A stretch of 64,000 nucleotides of DNA from Pseudomonadota bacterium (GTDB lineage: Bacteria > Desulfobacterota > Desulfobulbia > Desulfobulbales > JAGXFP01): the NCBI GenBank assembly GCA_018814305.1, contig JAHJAA010000045.1, positions 74,346-138,345 of the forward strand. Direction: 5' to 3'. Positions within the stretch are counted from its first letter, which is position 1; every line of letters starts with the position of its first letter. Of this stretch, positions 7,243 to 17,853 are shown in pieces. The notes under the pieces are model-generated. The model had not been told where the DNA came from. It saw only the letters and a program-made list of their open reading frames with translations, and searched no databases. A program made the translations under genes and the position numbers.

Positions 7243-9744
7243 ATGAACGAAAATCAGATTGAATCTGCTCAAGTAGCCATCAAGGGGATGCATTGTGCCG
7301 CCTGTTCCGCCCGGATTGAAAAAGTTCTGTCAGCGACCCCCGGGGTTATCAAGGCCAGTGTCAACCTGGCCACGGAAACAATGTCCATCTCCTGGGAGCA
7401 GGACCACGTAACGCTCGTCGCTTTAGCTGAAAAAATTTCCGGTCTTGGCTTCGAATTGGTTATCCCCCAGACCGAGACGGAGGCCCGCTTTGAAATAGAA
7501 GGAATGAGTTGCGCCTCCTGTTCCTCTAGAATTGAAAAGGTAATCGGGGGGCTTCCAGGAGTCAAGTTGGTTACAGTGAGTCTCCCTGCCAATTCAGCAA
7601 TGATCCAATTTGACTCATCCCTGGTAAGCCAGCGAACGATCAGAGAAAAAATCAACACCCTTGGCTTTAAAGCCACACCAGCTTCGACCTCCTCGGGAAT
7701 TTCTGATGACGGCCGCATAAGGGCAGAAAAAAAGCTGGACACCATGAAGAGGGATCTATTCCCGGCCCTAATCCTTGGAGGACTTCTTCTCTTTGTTTCC
7801 ATGGGAGAGATGGCAGGAATACATCTTCCTGATCCGGTGTCTCCCGATCATAACCCCTTGGGTTTTGGTTTGCTCCAGTTGATCATTGTTTTACCCCTGA
7901 TGTGGCTGGGTCGACGTTTTTATCAGGTCGGAGTTCCAAGTCTCCTCCGGGGAGCGCCCAATATGGACTCCTTGATTGCCGTCGGTACCGGTGCCGCCTT
8001 TATTTATAGTGTCTGGAATTTAATAGAAATTGCCGCAGGCGTTGCAAAACTCCATCAGGCCAGAGACTTTTATTTCGAATCGGCAGGAGTTATTATCGCC
8101 CTGGTTTCGCTTGGTAAATATATGGAGGCGCGATCCAAGGTCAAAACATCCGACGCCATCAGACAACTCATGAAACTGACCCCGGATAAGGCAATCCTGA
8201 TCCGGGGTGATCAACAGGAAGAAGTTCTTGTTGAAGAAATCAATCCCGGAGACATCATCCTTGTCCGGCCTGGTGATCGAATTCCGGTTGACGGTCTTGT
8301 TGTCAAAGGAAATTCAAGTGTTGATGAATCAATGCTGACCGGAGAAAGCATGCCGGTCAAGAAAAAATCAGGCGATCAGGTAGTCGGCGCGACCCTTAAC
8401 ACGACAGGAATTCTCCATGTCCAGGCAGAACGAGTAGGACAGGATACCGTCCTTGCCAGAATCATCAAACTGGTCCGTGACGCCCAAGGCAGCAAAGCAC
8501 CAATAGCCAACCTGGCCGATCGGATCAGCCTGTACTTCGTTCCAATCGTGATGGGGCTTGCGCTTCTTGCCGGACTCTCCTGGTACTTCATCGGGGGCGC
8601 TGATTTTGCTTTTTCCTTGAAAATATTTGTCGCTGTGATGGTCATCGCTTGTCCTTGTGCCATGGGGCTTGCCACCCCGACTTCCATCATGGTTGGAACC
8701 GGGCGGGGCGCTCAACTCGGCATATTAATTAAAAGCGGCGAGGCCTTAGAAAAAGCCCAGTCCGTGGATACCGTGGTCTTCGACAAAACCGGAACCCTGA
8801 CCCATGGTCGGCCGATGATGACAGACTTTATCCTGCTCACCTCATCCATGGCAGAAAAGGAACTACTTTCTCTTATTGTCGGGGCTGAATCGGTTTCCGA
8901 ACATCCTCTGGCCCGGGCGGTGATGAAATCGGAAGAAGTTAAAGATATTCCCATTGCTCATCCTGAATCTTTCGAGGCTCTACCCGGTCGAGGAATCTCC
9001 GCTCGAGTGAAAGGTCACGACGTTCTGGTGGGGAACACAAGTCTTCTTCTGGAAAAATCAATTATCCTTGCCGACCAATTGGCCTTTGAACAAAAGATTT
9101 TATCTTTGTCTGAAGATGGCAAGACCGTAATATCCATTGCTGTTGACGGAACACTTGTTGCCCTGATGGGAATAGCCGACCCCTTGAAACCTGACGCAGC
9201 TGCAACCGTTGCTCGGTTAAAGGCCATGAACATTCTTTCGGTGATGCTCACCGGAGACCATGAAGCCACAGCCAAGGCTATTGCTCGTCAGGCTGGAATA
9301 ACTGAAGTCATCGCCCAAGTCTTGCCGGAACACAAGGCGCAAAAAATTATCGAGTTACAAGAGCAGGGGAGAACAGTAGCCATGGTTGGTGATGGCATCA
9401 ATGATGCCCCGGCCCTGGCCAGGGCGGATGTTGGTATCGCCATGGGCACCGGCATAGATGTGGCAATTGAATCTGGTGATATAGTTTTGATGAAAGGAGA
9501 ACTCACCTCCTTATTAACCGCGTTCCATGTAAGCCGAGCCACCATGAGAAATATCCGCCAGAATCTCTTTTGGGCCTTTATCTATAACATCATTGGTATC
9601 CCCATAGCCGCTGGTGTTCTTTTCCTGATGGGCGGTCCGACTTTAAACCCCATGATTGCAGGGGCGGCCATGGCGATGAGTTCCGTTTCGGTGGTAACTA
9701 ACGCCTTGCGTTTACGCTTTTTGCAACCCCCAATATTTAAATAA
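7243..9744 (+). CDS. copA: copper-translocating P1B-type ATPase
   Basis: Two N-terminal HMA domains ([24 protein letters not shown]), a CPC motif ([11 protein letters not shown]), DKTGTLT, and the GDGINDAP hinge. Confidence 0.95.
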   Translation: MNENQIESAQVAIKGMHCAACSARIEKVLSATPGVIKASVNLATETMSISWEQDHVTLVALAEKISGLGFELVIPQTETEARFEIEGMSCASCSSRIEKVIGGLPGVKLVTVSLPANSAMIQFDSSLVSQRTIREKINTLGFKATPASTSSGISDDGRIRAEKKLDTMKRDLFPALILGGLLLFVSMGEMAGIHLPDPVSPDHNPLGFGLLQLIIVLPLMWLGRRFYQVGVPSLLRGAPNMDSLIAVGTGAAFIYSVWNLIEIAAGVAKLHQARDFYFESAGVIIALVSLGKYMEARSKVKTSDAIRQLMKLTPDKAILIRGDQQEEVLVEEINPGDIILVRPGDRIPVDGLVVKGNSSVDESMLTGESMPVKKKSGDQVVGATLNTTGILHVQAERVGQDTVLARIIKLVRDAQGSKAPIANLADRISLYFVPIVMGLALLAGLSWYFIGGADFAFSLKIFVAVMVIACPCAMGLATPTSIMVGTGRGAQLGILIKSGEALEKAQSVDTVVFDKTGTLTHGRPMMTDFILLTSSMAEKELLSLIVGAESVSEHPLARAVMKSEEVKDIPIAHPESFEALPGRGISARVKGHDVLVGNTSLLLEKSIILADQLAFEQKILSLSEDGKTVISIAVDGTLVALMGIADPLKPDAAATVARLKAMNILSVMLTGDHEATAKAIARQAGITEVIAQVLPEHKAQKIIELQEQGRTVAMVGDGINDAPALARADVGIAMGTGIDVAIESGDIVLMKGELTSLLTAFHVSRATMRNIRQNLFWAFIYNIIGIPIAAGVLFLMGGPTLNPMIAGAAMAMSSVSVVTNALRLRFLQPPIFK

Positions 9745-9777
9745 ACTATAGAATGATTTCACTCTGTTCAGATCTGG

Positions 9778-9793
9778 TGGTTATGCGATTGCA
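9778..9793 (+). promoter_or_regulatory. sigma-54 (-24/-12)-like promoter element upstream of the cytochrome operon
   Basis: TGGTTATGCGATTGCA fits TGGCAC-N5-TTGCW with exact GG-to-GC spacing, about 190 nt upstream of the 9984 start. No enhancer-binding protein gene is adjacent. Confidence 0.3.
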
Positions 9794-9983
9794 ATCATTC
9801 CGTCCAGACAATGGTTCAAATAACCGTTTAAAAAACTCTTTGACAAATAAATGAGAAAAGGTAGAAAATATCTATCCTGTTCATTTCTGTTCTATGTTTC
9901 ATTTCAATCCAAGTCATAACCCGATTGTAGAAACCATATATTTATGGGCCTCCCCCCATGAATCTCCAAAGGATGGTAGGCGT

Positions 9984-10775
9984 ATGTTAAAAAAAATATA
10001 TATCTTCCTGCTCATTGTTTCTCTTTTTATTCCTCTGACCACTGCCTTTGGCGATGGGCTTGGGATCAAGAAAAAAAACCCCAAACCCCATGAATTCGGA
10101 GATCTCATTCTTAACAATTTTTCCACCAAGGCCAATCGTGCCCCGGTCCTATTCCGCCATTGGCTCCACCGGGCCAAATATACGTGTCGGCTGTGTCATG
10201 TTGATATCGGATTCAGCATGCGCTCGGGAGAAACCGGAATCACCGAGTCAGATAATGAAAACGGCCTCTATTGCGGATCCTGCCATAATGAAAAGGAGGC
10301 CTTTGGTCCAACGAGTACTGATACCTCCGGAAAGGATATAAAAAATTGTGATCTGTGCCACAGGGTCGGCAAAGAGATTCCCCTTAGAAACAACTTTTAT
10401 GAATTTCGCAAAACGATGCCCCGGGAAAGATTTGGTAATGGGATAGATTGGATCAAGGCGGAAGAGCAAGGCCTGATCAAATTAAAAGACTATCTGGAAA
10501 ACATCTCAATCAAAAGACCTAAGATTGATGATCCGGCGGCTTTGACCATTGAACCGCATGAAAAAAACATGCCTGAAATCATCTTTTCCCATGAGAAGCA
10601 CGCCAAATGGAGTGGATGCGAACTCTGCCATCCTGATATCTTCGGTATCAAAAAAGGGGCTGAACCCTACACCATGCAAGAAATATTTGACGGAAAATAT
10701 TGCGGCCTCTGCCATGGCCCGGTCGCCTTTCCAAATATGGATTGTCAACGGTGCCATACCAAACTGGCTCAATAG
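9984..10775 (+). CDS. periplasmic hexaheme cytochrome c, two c7-type triheme domains
   Basis: Start moved to ATG 9984 (signal peptide MLKKIYIFLLIVSLFIPLTTAFG). Six CXXCH motifs: CRLCH, CGSCH, CDLCH, CELCH, CGLCH, CQRCH. The F-x-H-x-x-H-x(4-6)-C-x-x-CH pattern occurs twice. Confidence 0.85.
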   Translation: MLKKIYIFLLIVSLFIPLTTAFGDGLGIKKKNPKPHEFGDLILNNFSTKANRAPVLFRHWLHRAKYTCRLCHVDIGFSMRSGETGITESDNENGLYCGSCHNEKEAFGPTSTDTSGKDIKNCDLCHRVGKEIPLRNNFYEFRKTMPRERFGNGIDWIKAEEQGLIKLKDYLENISIKRPKIDDPAALTIEPHEKNMPEIIFSHEKHAKWSGCELCHPDIFGIKKGAEPYTMQEIFDGKYCGLCHGPVAFPNMDCQRCHTKLAQ

Positions 10776-10784
10776 GTATCCAGA

Positions 10785-11561
10785 ATGATCTCTTTTCGGC
10801 TTTTAACCATAATAGCTCTTGTCATCTTGGGTTGCCACAGTCCTCTTCCGGCCCAAGCAGAGCAAGCTTTCTGGAAATTTCCAGAACTCCCTCCCCCCCA
10901 TCAATATGGAGATATCCTTATCGATCGCCTCTCATCCTCCAAAGGAATGAAACCGGTCTGGTTCTCCCATTGGAGTCACCGACTTAAGTACAGTTGTCGA
11001 GTCTGTCATCTTGAACTGGAATTCTCTTTTAAAAAAAATACAACATTAATGACCGAAGAAGAAAACCGGAATGGACAGTATTGCGGAACCTGTCATGATG
11101 GAGAAAAGGTCTTCGGCCATGATGAAAAAAATTGCGCCCGCTGCCATACCGGGGAAATCCAATCCGATCCCAAGCGATTCGCAGACTTAACCCATGATCT
11201 CCAAAAATCACCCTTTGGGAACAAAATCAATTGGGCAGGAGCCATGAGAAGTGGAAGAATCAACCCAATTTATTCCCTCTTCAATCCAGAAGAAACACCA
11301 ATGCCTTTCAAAAAGAACCTCGAACTTGAGGCGGAGTGGCCCTTTGTTCCACCGGCCCTGTTCCCTCATAAAATACACGTGCAGTGGCTCGACTGTGCCA
11401 ACTGCCATCCTGATCCTTTCAATATCAAGAAAAAAACGACCGAACATTTTCTGATGCAATATATTCTGGAAAATCAATTCTGCGGGGTCTGTCACCTCAA
11501 AGTTGCTTTTCCATTAAATGATTGTACCCGGTGCCATCCAGGTATCACCATGGAAAAATAA
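10785..11561 (+). CDS. hexaheme cytochrome c lipoprotein, two c7-type triheme domains (paralog)
   Basis: Lipobox VILGC. Six CXXCH motifs (CRVCH, CGTCH, CARCH, CANCH, CGVCH, CTRCH) with the same spacing as the upstream gene. The gap to that gene is 9 nt. Confidence 0.85.
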   Translation: MISFRLLTIIALVILGCHSPLPAQAEQAFWKFPELPPPHQYGDILIDRLSSSKGMKPVWFSHWSHRLKYSCRVCHLELEFSFKKNTTLMTEEENRNGQYCGTCHDGEKVFGHDEKNCARCHTGEIQSDPKRFADLTHDLQKSPFGNKINWAGAMRSGRINPIYSLFNPEETPMPFKKNLELEAEWPFVPPALFPHKIHVQWLDCANCHPDPFNIKKKTTEHFLMQYILENQFCGVCHLKVAFPLNDCTRCHPGITMEK

Positions 11562-11565
11562 TCGT

Positions 11566-11880
11566 ATGCTATCCTCAACCAGAAAGATTTTTTTTATTCT
11601 CCTCATTGTCCTGGGGGGATGTTTATGGCAGGTATCACCATGTGCTGCTTCCGATGAATGGCGGAGTGAGTTTGACCGAATATGCGGGGTGGTCGAAAAG
11701 GCAGGGGAGCTTTCCTCGACCGAACTATCACAGTTGATAACAGATAGTAACACCCTGGAAAAGCGCATAGAAACGGAAGGGGGGAAAGAAAAGAAACTAT
11801 ATTTGTTCCGATTGAAAAAGTGCCGAAATTTCTTTCAATTCATTTTGGAAAGTAACAACCTCAAAAAACCATCTCAATAA
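11566..11880 (+). CDS. small lipoprotein, unknown function, co-oriented with the cytochrome pair
   Basis: In-frame ATG at 11566, 4 nt after the upstream stop. MLSSTRKIFFILLIVLGGC is a lipobox signal peptide. The remainder looks helical and charged. Confidence 0.5.
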   Translation: MLSSTRKIFFILLIVLGGCLWQVSPCAASDEWRSEFDRICGVVEKAGELSSTELSQLITDSNTLEKRIETEGGKEKKLYLFRLKKCRNFFQFILESNNLKKPSQ

Positions 11881-11909
11881 AGAAAGGATGCCCTGATTTG
11901 TCCCATGAT

Positions 11910-12821
11910 TTAGAAATCCGGGTCAAAGGTCAGGACTTCCTTAGAGATCTTCAGCTCCGATCTGACGAGACGGAATCCGGTATCGGCATATTGCCCAACC
12001 TGTTTATTCTTATAACGGGTTGCTGATCTGATATTCCCGGCAAAACGGAACCATGATCCGCCCCGCAAGACCTTCATCTGTCCATTCTCCGGGCCTTCAG
12101 GATTCTTTTCTGAACTCAGCTTATAATAATCAAGGCCGTACCAATCATTACACCACTCCCAGACATTGCCATTCATATCATAAATTCCTAAACCGTTCGG
12201 AGGAAAACTTCCTACTACAGTCGGACTTTTCAGATAGTTGTCCTTCATGTTGAGACCAAAGGAAACCGAGCCATTAAAGTTAGCCTGTTTTGAGGTGATG
12301 ATTTCGCCGGTGAAAAAAGGAGAGGAGGTCCCAGCCCGAGCGGCATATTCCCACTCAGCCTCTGTCGGTAAACGGATAACTCCTTCACTATTGGTCTGAT
12401 TTAACTTTTCAATGAATTCGATAGCGTCGAGCCACGAAACCATATCAAGAGGAAAATCTGGATTATCTTTAAAATGTGACGGGTTGAATTCCATAACCTT
12501 CTGCCATTGAGCTTGAGTGACCTCATAAATCCCCATCCAAAAGCCATCAAGACATACTTTATGCAAAGGAAGTTCATCGGCATAATACTTATGATAATCT
12601 TCATCTCCAACGGATCTTATCAAGAGCCGACTTTCAGCAATGCTCTGTCCCATTTGAAAACAACCCTCTTCGACCCAGACGAATTTCATCCCAGTAACGG
12701 GTTCTGTCCAATATTCTTTCTCACTGCCCTCTGACGGGGTATTCCCCTCAGCGAAGACGATTGAAGAAATCGACCCCATGAAAAAAACAAAGGCCCCTAG
12801 AATGGCTACGGCAAACTTCAT
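11910..12821 (-). CDS. formylglycine-generating enzyme family (SUMF1/FGE-sulfatase domain) protein, secreted
   Basis: Start moved to ATG 12821 (signal peptide MKFAVAILGAFVFFMGSISSIVFA). Motifs: RLPTEAEWEYAARAG, GNVWEWCNDWY, RVLRGGSW, GFRLVR. Confidence 0.85.
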   Translation of the reverse strand: MKFAVAILGAFVFFMGSISSIVFAEGNTPSEGSEKEYWTEPVTGMKFVWVEEGCFQMGQSIAESRLLIRSVGDEDYHKYYADELPLHKVCLDGFWMGIYEVTQAQWQKVMEFNPSHFKDNPDFPLDMVSWLDAIEFIEKLNQTNSEGVIRLPTEAEWEYAARAGTSSPFFTGEIITSKQANFNGSVSFGLNMKDNYLKSPTVVGSFPPNGLGIYDMNGNVWEWCNDWYGLDYYKLSSEKNPEGPENGQMKVLRGGSWFRFAGNIRSATRYKNKQVGQYADTGFRLVRSELKISKEVLTFDPDF

Positions 12822-12945
12822 ACGTAATAGCCTCGCTTTGATAAGATCGTTATTTATGAATATCCCGAAATGACAGAAAAAAGAACCACATCGGTCCTGA
12901 AACAAGTTCAGGAACCTGGTTCGCCGACGTCAACCCAGATGCAGT

Positions 12946-13447
12946 TTAATGGGACATTCCCATTTCACAAAAAACTCCGCAAAAAACAACACTATCCTGA
13001 TATCTTATAGATAACCATATTGTTGTCCATATTACAGAATATTTTTGGTAAAAAGAAAAAGAGCCGGTTAAATATATGCTTGATAATTTCTTGACTTCCT
13101 TACCATAAACTAATAATAATGGAACAATGGTAAATAAATGGTGAGAGAGAACACCATACCGATGATCCCCCAAACGTCTAAATCCAAAGTATCAATCAAT
13201 ATAACTTCCCATAAATAATAAATTATTCCCTTCACTGGGTAAAGCCCCCGAAGAAAACCTGCGCCTAAATTATTGGTAGAGAATAGTTTGTTAAAATATG
13301 TTTCCAGAAAGTTTGTGGGCAGAAAAATGTATTGGCCGTTGTGCATACGTTGTATCTCGTGATATGTAAAAAAATCCACGAATTGAAATTCCATTTTTTA
13401 AATAAATATATTTTGTCAAATTCGTGATAGCTATATGTTTCCCACAA
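12946..13447 (-). pseudogene. AT-rich, frame-broken remnant of a hydrophobic (membrane?) protein gene
   Basis: Three overlapping minus-strand ORFs in different frames (13265-13447, 13110-13394, 12946-13173) give hydrophobic, Phe/Tyr/Leu/Ile-rich peptides. The stretch is visibly lower in GC than its flanks. No intact ORF is present. Confidence 0.3.
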
Positions 13448-14066
13448 CCAGTCCTTGATCTGGCCGGAGAAACTCTCTTATTGAAGGTATAAGTACTTCC
13501 AATACTTTTTCAGAATTATAATTACCGTGACACAATGTGTCCCCAGCCTTTAACAAGCGCCTGACTCAATACTTTACTTGCGACAATAATCGCGGAACAT
13601 CATTCAATTATCCCATCTTTGAAAATCAGACCCCCCAACATCCATGAAGAGTGGCGATGTAATCTGACCACTCATCGAAGTGATGTCTGGTAAAACACCT
13701 CCGGTAGGGGAGCGTCACTATTTTAACGTACTCCTTGAATTATACGTTATTAGATGGACTGACGCGGTTTGTACAGACGGATTTTGTCCCAATACAACCT
13801 GAAGTCAGACAGGAAGAGAGCCAGTTTGGTCCTGAAAAACCAATTTTGAGCAGGTTACGAGTCAATTTCAAATAATAGAGATTATTATTACATGTATGGC
13901 CTCGATACAGGGCCAGAGAACAAGCCTATCACGTGTGCACAAGCAGGAGACCTTTTTTTTTAAAAAATACTCCTCATTGCTGCAACCGCTCGCTCACACT
14001 CATTGATAGATATAGAGAACGAATACCACGTTACTACGTCAAGCGCTTATAAGGAGATGAAATCCG

Positions 14067-15323
14067 ATGAATTTGTCTGAATTAAAATTGTTAAAGATCA
14101 ACGAACTGACCAAGATGGCCCAAAAATACAATATTGAAGGAATCAGTGGCCTCAGGAAACAGGAATTGATCTTTGCAATCGTCAAGGCCCAAGCCGCCGC
14201 CCAAGAAAAAAACGGTGATAACCGTGGAAGTGGTGTGCTGGAAATCCTCCCGGATGGCTTCGGTTTTCTCCGCGCTCCAGACTACAACTACCTTCCTGGC
14301 CCGGACGATATTTACGTATCGCCCTCGCAGATACGACGTCTCAACCTCATGACCGGTGATACGATTGAGGGCCAGGTCCGTTCTCCCAAGGAAGGCGAAC
14401 GGTATTTTGCCCTGCTGAAAGTCAATACAGTCAACTATGATCCTCCCGAAAAAACCCGCGACAAGACTCTCTTCTCAAACCTGACCCCTTTACATCCTGA
14501 GAATGCCTTCAAACTCGAACGGCAACCCGACAACTACTCCATGCGCGTTATGGATATTTTTGCCCCAATCGGCAAAGGCCAGCGAGGACTTATTGTTGCT
14601 CCACCCCGTTCTGGAAAAACAGTCCTCATCAAGGATATTGCCAACAGCATCACTAAAAATCATAAAGAAGTAATTCTTATTGTCCTGTTGATCGATGAAC
14701 GGCCCGAAGAAGTTACCGATATGGCCCGCAGTGTAAATGCAGAAGTCGTCAGCTCCACGTTTGACGAACCCCCGCAACGACATATCCAGGTTGCCGAAAT
14801 GGTTTTGAATAAAGCTCGTCGCCTGGTTGAACACCAAAAAGATGTAGTGATCCTCCTCGACAGCATTACCCGTCTTGCCAGGGCCTATAATACGGTGGTT
14901 CCACCCAGCGGCAAAATTTTATCTGGTGGTGTTGACTCCAACGCTCTGCACAGACCGAAACGTTTTTTTGGGGCAGCTCGGAATATCGAAGAAGGAGGCA
15001 GTCTTACCATCATGGCCTCGGCCTTGGTCGAAACCGGCAGCCGAATGGATGAGGTTATTTTTGAGGAATTTAAAGGAACCGGCAACATGGAAATCGTTCT
15101 TGACCGGAAACTCGCAGATCGACGTATTTTCCCGGCCTTTGACCTCAATAAATCCGGGACCCGAAAAGAAGAACTTCTCCTTGCTCCTGAGGCCATGAAC
15201 CGGATGTGGATTCTTCGCAAGCTTCTGTCCAATATGAATCCAGCCGATGCCATGGATTTCTTAAAGGATAAAATGAAGGGAACAAAAAATAACGCTGAAT
15301 TCTTTGAATCAATGAATGGATAA
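14067..15323 (+). CDS. rho: transcription termination factor Rho
   Basis: 418 aa. Rho N-terminal domain ([21 protein letters not shown]), Walker A (PPRSGKT), and RecA-like core. AAGGAG RBS lies 10 nt upstream. Confidence 0.97.
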   Translation: MNLSELKLLKINELTKMAQKYNIEGISGLRKQELIFAIVKAQAAAQEKNGDNRGSGVLEILPDGFGFLRAPDYNYLPGPDDIYVSPSQIRRLNLMTGDTIEGQVRSPKEGERYFALLKVNTVNYDPPEKTRDKTLFSNLTPLHPENAFKLERQPDNYSMRVMDIFAPIGKGQRGLIVAPPRSGKTVLIKDIANSITKNHKEVILIVLLIDERPEEVTDMARSVNAEVVSSTFDEPPQRHIQVAEMVLNKARRLVEHQKDVVILLDSITRLARAYNTVVPPSGKILSGGVDSNALHRPKRFFGAARNIEEGGSLTIMASALVETGSRMDEVIFEEFKGTGNMEIVLDRKLADRRIFPAFDLNKSGTRKEELLLAPEAMNRMWILRKLLSNMNPADAMDFLKDKMKGTKNNAEFFESMNG

Positions 15324-15485
15324 GATCCATTACCGGTTAAAAAGAAAAATTCCACTTGGCAAATTATCCTTTTCGGTTATTATACTCAGTTTTTTAAGTA
15401 GCACAGCATTTCATCACCAAACTAAACAGACGCTTGAGGCGGATTAAGTCTCTTACTATTGATACAATACGATCGGAGGTCGGGA

Positions 15486-15698
15486 ATGAAAGAAGGTATT
15501 CATCCGGAATATCATAAAATTACTGCCAAATGTGCCTGTGGCAATACAATTGAACTTGGCTCGGTTGAAACTGAGATCAGCACTGAAATTTGTTCCGCTT
15601 GCCATCCGTTTTTTACCGGCAAACAGAAACTCATCGATACGGCCGGCCGCATCGAAAAATTCAAGAAAAAGTACGCCAAACATTTGGAGCAGAAGTAA
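15486..15698 (+). CDS. rpmE: 50S ribosomal protein L31
   Basis: Start moved to ATG 15486 (GGAGG RBS). [20 protein letters not shown]...[13 protein letters not shown]. Confidence 0.95.
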   Translation: MKEGIHPEYHKITAKCACGNTIELGSVETEISTEICSACHPFFTGKQKLIDTAGRIEKFKKKYAKHLEQK

Positions 15699-15735
15699 GC
15701 CCCTTTTAAATCTGACTCTTTCAGGCTCCTCATGA

Positions 15736-15778
15736 GGGTTCAGGTGCGGAAATTTAATTCTGCCTGAACCCTTTTTTT
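15736..15778 (+). terminator. rho-independent terminator after rpmE
   Basis: GGGTTCAGG ... CCTGAACCC followed by TTTTTTT. Confidence 0.8.
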
Positions 15779-15847
15779 ATAGGCACTCAGGTGCCTCCGA
15801 CTTTGCAGATCTGTAAGGTCGTCATCATCTCCTAGCGCACGGTTGCC

Positions 15848-16915
15848 ATGTTTTCTCAATTCGACGATCTAAACGATAAAATCGAAGATATAGAACAAAA
15901 GTTGGCCGATCCTTCACGAATCGCCAACCAAGAAGAATTCGGTCGTCTTGCCCGTGAACATGCCCAACTTTCCAAAATGCGAGATCTCTACGACTCATAT
16001 CAGCAAGTAGACCGAGACCTCAAAGAAAATCAGCAGCTCCTGGTCAACGAAAGCGATGAGGAGATGATTGAGCTGGTCAGAAATGAAATTGACGAATTAA
16101 GGGACCATCAGGAAAAACTGAAAAACGACCTTCAAGCATGCCTCTTACCCAAAGACCCTAACGACTCAAAAAATATTTTTCTTGAAATCAGAGCCGGAAC
16201 CGGAGGTGATGAAGCCGCCCTTTTTGTTGGCGACCTCCTCCGAATGTACTGCCGTTATGCCGAGAGTAAATCATGGAAGGTTGAAACCATGAGCAGTAAT
16301 CCCACCGGTATAGGCGGATACAAGGAAATAATTATTCTCATCAGCGGTGATAAAGTCTACAGCAAATTAAAATATGAATCAGGGGCACATCGGGTGCAAA
16401 GAGTCCCCGAAACTGAAGCCCAGGGAAGAATCCACACCTCGGCGGTGACCGTTGCCGTGATCCCGGAAGTAGAAGAAGTTGAACTGAATATAGCTCCCAA
16501 CGAACTTCGTTTTGATGTCTTTCGTTCGTCCGGCCCCGGCGGGCAAAGTGTTAACACCACGGATTCCGCGGTCCGCGTCACCCATCTCCCCACCGGAATC
16601 GTGGCAACCTGTCAAGATGAAAAATCCCAACACAAAAACAAAGCCAAAGCCCTCCAGGTTCTAAGAGCACGTCTGCTCGACAAGATGGAGCAGGACCAAC
16701 ACGACATGATTTCAGCAGACCGAAAAAGTCAGGTTGGCAGTGGTGATCGAAGTGAACGGATCAGGACCTATAATTTCCCACAGGGGAGGATGACCGACCA
16801 CAGAATCAACCTTACTCTTTATAAACTTGATGATATTATGATGGGTCGGCTTGATGATTTAATTATGCCTCTTCTAGCTCATTTCCAGGCCGTGGCCTTG
16901 AAGAACATCCAATAA
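15848..16915 (+). CDS. prfA: peptide chain release factor 1
   Basis: 355 aa. P-x-T tripeptide context ([13 protein letters not shown]) and GGQ motif ([16 protein letters not shown]). Confidence 0.97.
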   Translation: MFSQFDDLNDKIEDIEQKLADPSRIANQEEFGRLAREHAQLSKMRDLYDSYQQVDRDLKENQQLLVNESDEEMIELVRNEIDELRDHQEKLKNDLQACLLPKDPNDSKNIFLEIRAGTGGDEAALFVGDLLRMYCRYAESKSWKVETMSSNPTGIGGYKEIIILISGDKVYSKLKYESGAHRVQRVPETEAQGRIHTSAVTVAVIPEVEEVELNIAPNELRFDVFRSSGPGGQSVNTTDSAVRVTHLPTGIVATCQDEKSQHKNKAKALQVLRARLLDKMEQDQHDMISADRKSQVGSGDRSERIRTYNFPQGRMTDHRINLTLYKLDDIMMGRLDDLIMPLLAHFQAVALKNIQ

Positions 16916-16941
16916 ACCCGCAACATGGTCCAGATTGTCCG

Positions 16942-17793
16942 ATGAGAATCAACAACTGCTTCCAAAAAATCATCAGACAACTCAATGACGCGAATGTTCC
17001 AAATCCGCGACTCGAGGCAGAACTTCTTCTTGGTTTCACCCTGGGACTCGATCGACTTAAATTGTTTCTTGCTGAAAGGGAGATGAACGATGATGAAGTC
17101 TTACGCCTCAATCAAGTTCTCACCAGACGCCTCAACCGGGAGCCCCTGGCCTATATCACCTCGGAAAAAGAATTCTGGTCTTTACCTTTTTATGTTAGCT
17201 CTGGTGTTTTGATCCCCCGACCGGAAACAGAAGTTTTGATAGAGGGGATTCTTGGCCGGATCCCCGATTGCCAACTCTTTTCAGGCTTAATCGCCGATCT
17301 TGGAACCGGCAGTGGGGCTATCGCCGTCATCTTGGCCCGGGAGCTGCCCAAAGCTCATATCATTGCAGTTGACACCTCAAAGGTGGCCTTGAAGGTGGCA
17401 GCAAGGAATCTCGAACGTCATGGAGTTTCAAATCGGGTCTCTCTAGTTTTGGGCAACTGGTTATCTTCATTCATCCCGTCCCGTCTCTTTCAAATAATCG
17501 TCTCAAATCCTCCCTATGTGTCAACAAGGACAAGGGGAGACCTGGAGCCGGAATTGGCCTTTGAACCAGAAACAGCACTCTTCGCAGGTGATGATGGTTT
17601 AGACGAGTACAGGAAATTGATTCCCTCCCTCATGAACTATCTCAGCCCCGGTGGTTTGGCCGTGTTTGAAATCGGCTCAGATCAGGACCGCACCATATCG
17701 GAACTGATTTATCTACAACCAGGACTCGGTAACCTCTTTGTGCTTAATGACTATAGCAATCTCCCCCGGGTGATCGGCTGCCGGGCCAACTGA
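16942..17793 (+). CDS. prmC: release-factor glutamine N5-methyltransferase
   Basis: HemK family with SAM-binding DLGTGSGAI and catalytic NPPY (IVSNPPYV). Sits directly after prfA. Confidence 0.92.
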   Translation: MRINNCFQKIIRQLNDANVPNPRLEAELLLGFTLGLDRLKLFLAEREMNDDEVLRLNQVLTRRLNREPLAYITSEKEFWSLPFYVSSGVLIPRPETEVLIEGILGRIPDCQLFSGLIADLGTGSGAIAVILARELPKAHIIAVDTSKVALKVAARNLERHGVSNRVSLVLGNWLSSFIPSRLFQIIVSNPPYVSTRTRGDLEPELAFEPETALFAGDDGLDEYRKLIPSLMNYLSPGGLAVFEIGSDQDRTISELIYLQPGLGNLFVLNDYSNLPRVIGCRAN

Positions 17794-17853
17794 GCAACGA
17801 ACCACCTCGGATCAATCGGGATCATAATTTCGTTTTAAAAGGAACTCTTTTCA

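Noticed and set aside
7269-7802. 177-aa minus-strand ORF inside copA
   Set aside because: It is antisense to a gene with unambiguous P-type ATPase motifs, and its own translation contains no motif.
14885-15355. 156-aa minus-strand ORF inside rho
   Set aside because: It is antisense to rho, and its Arg/Ser-rich composition is typical of a shadow ORF.
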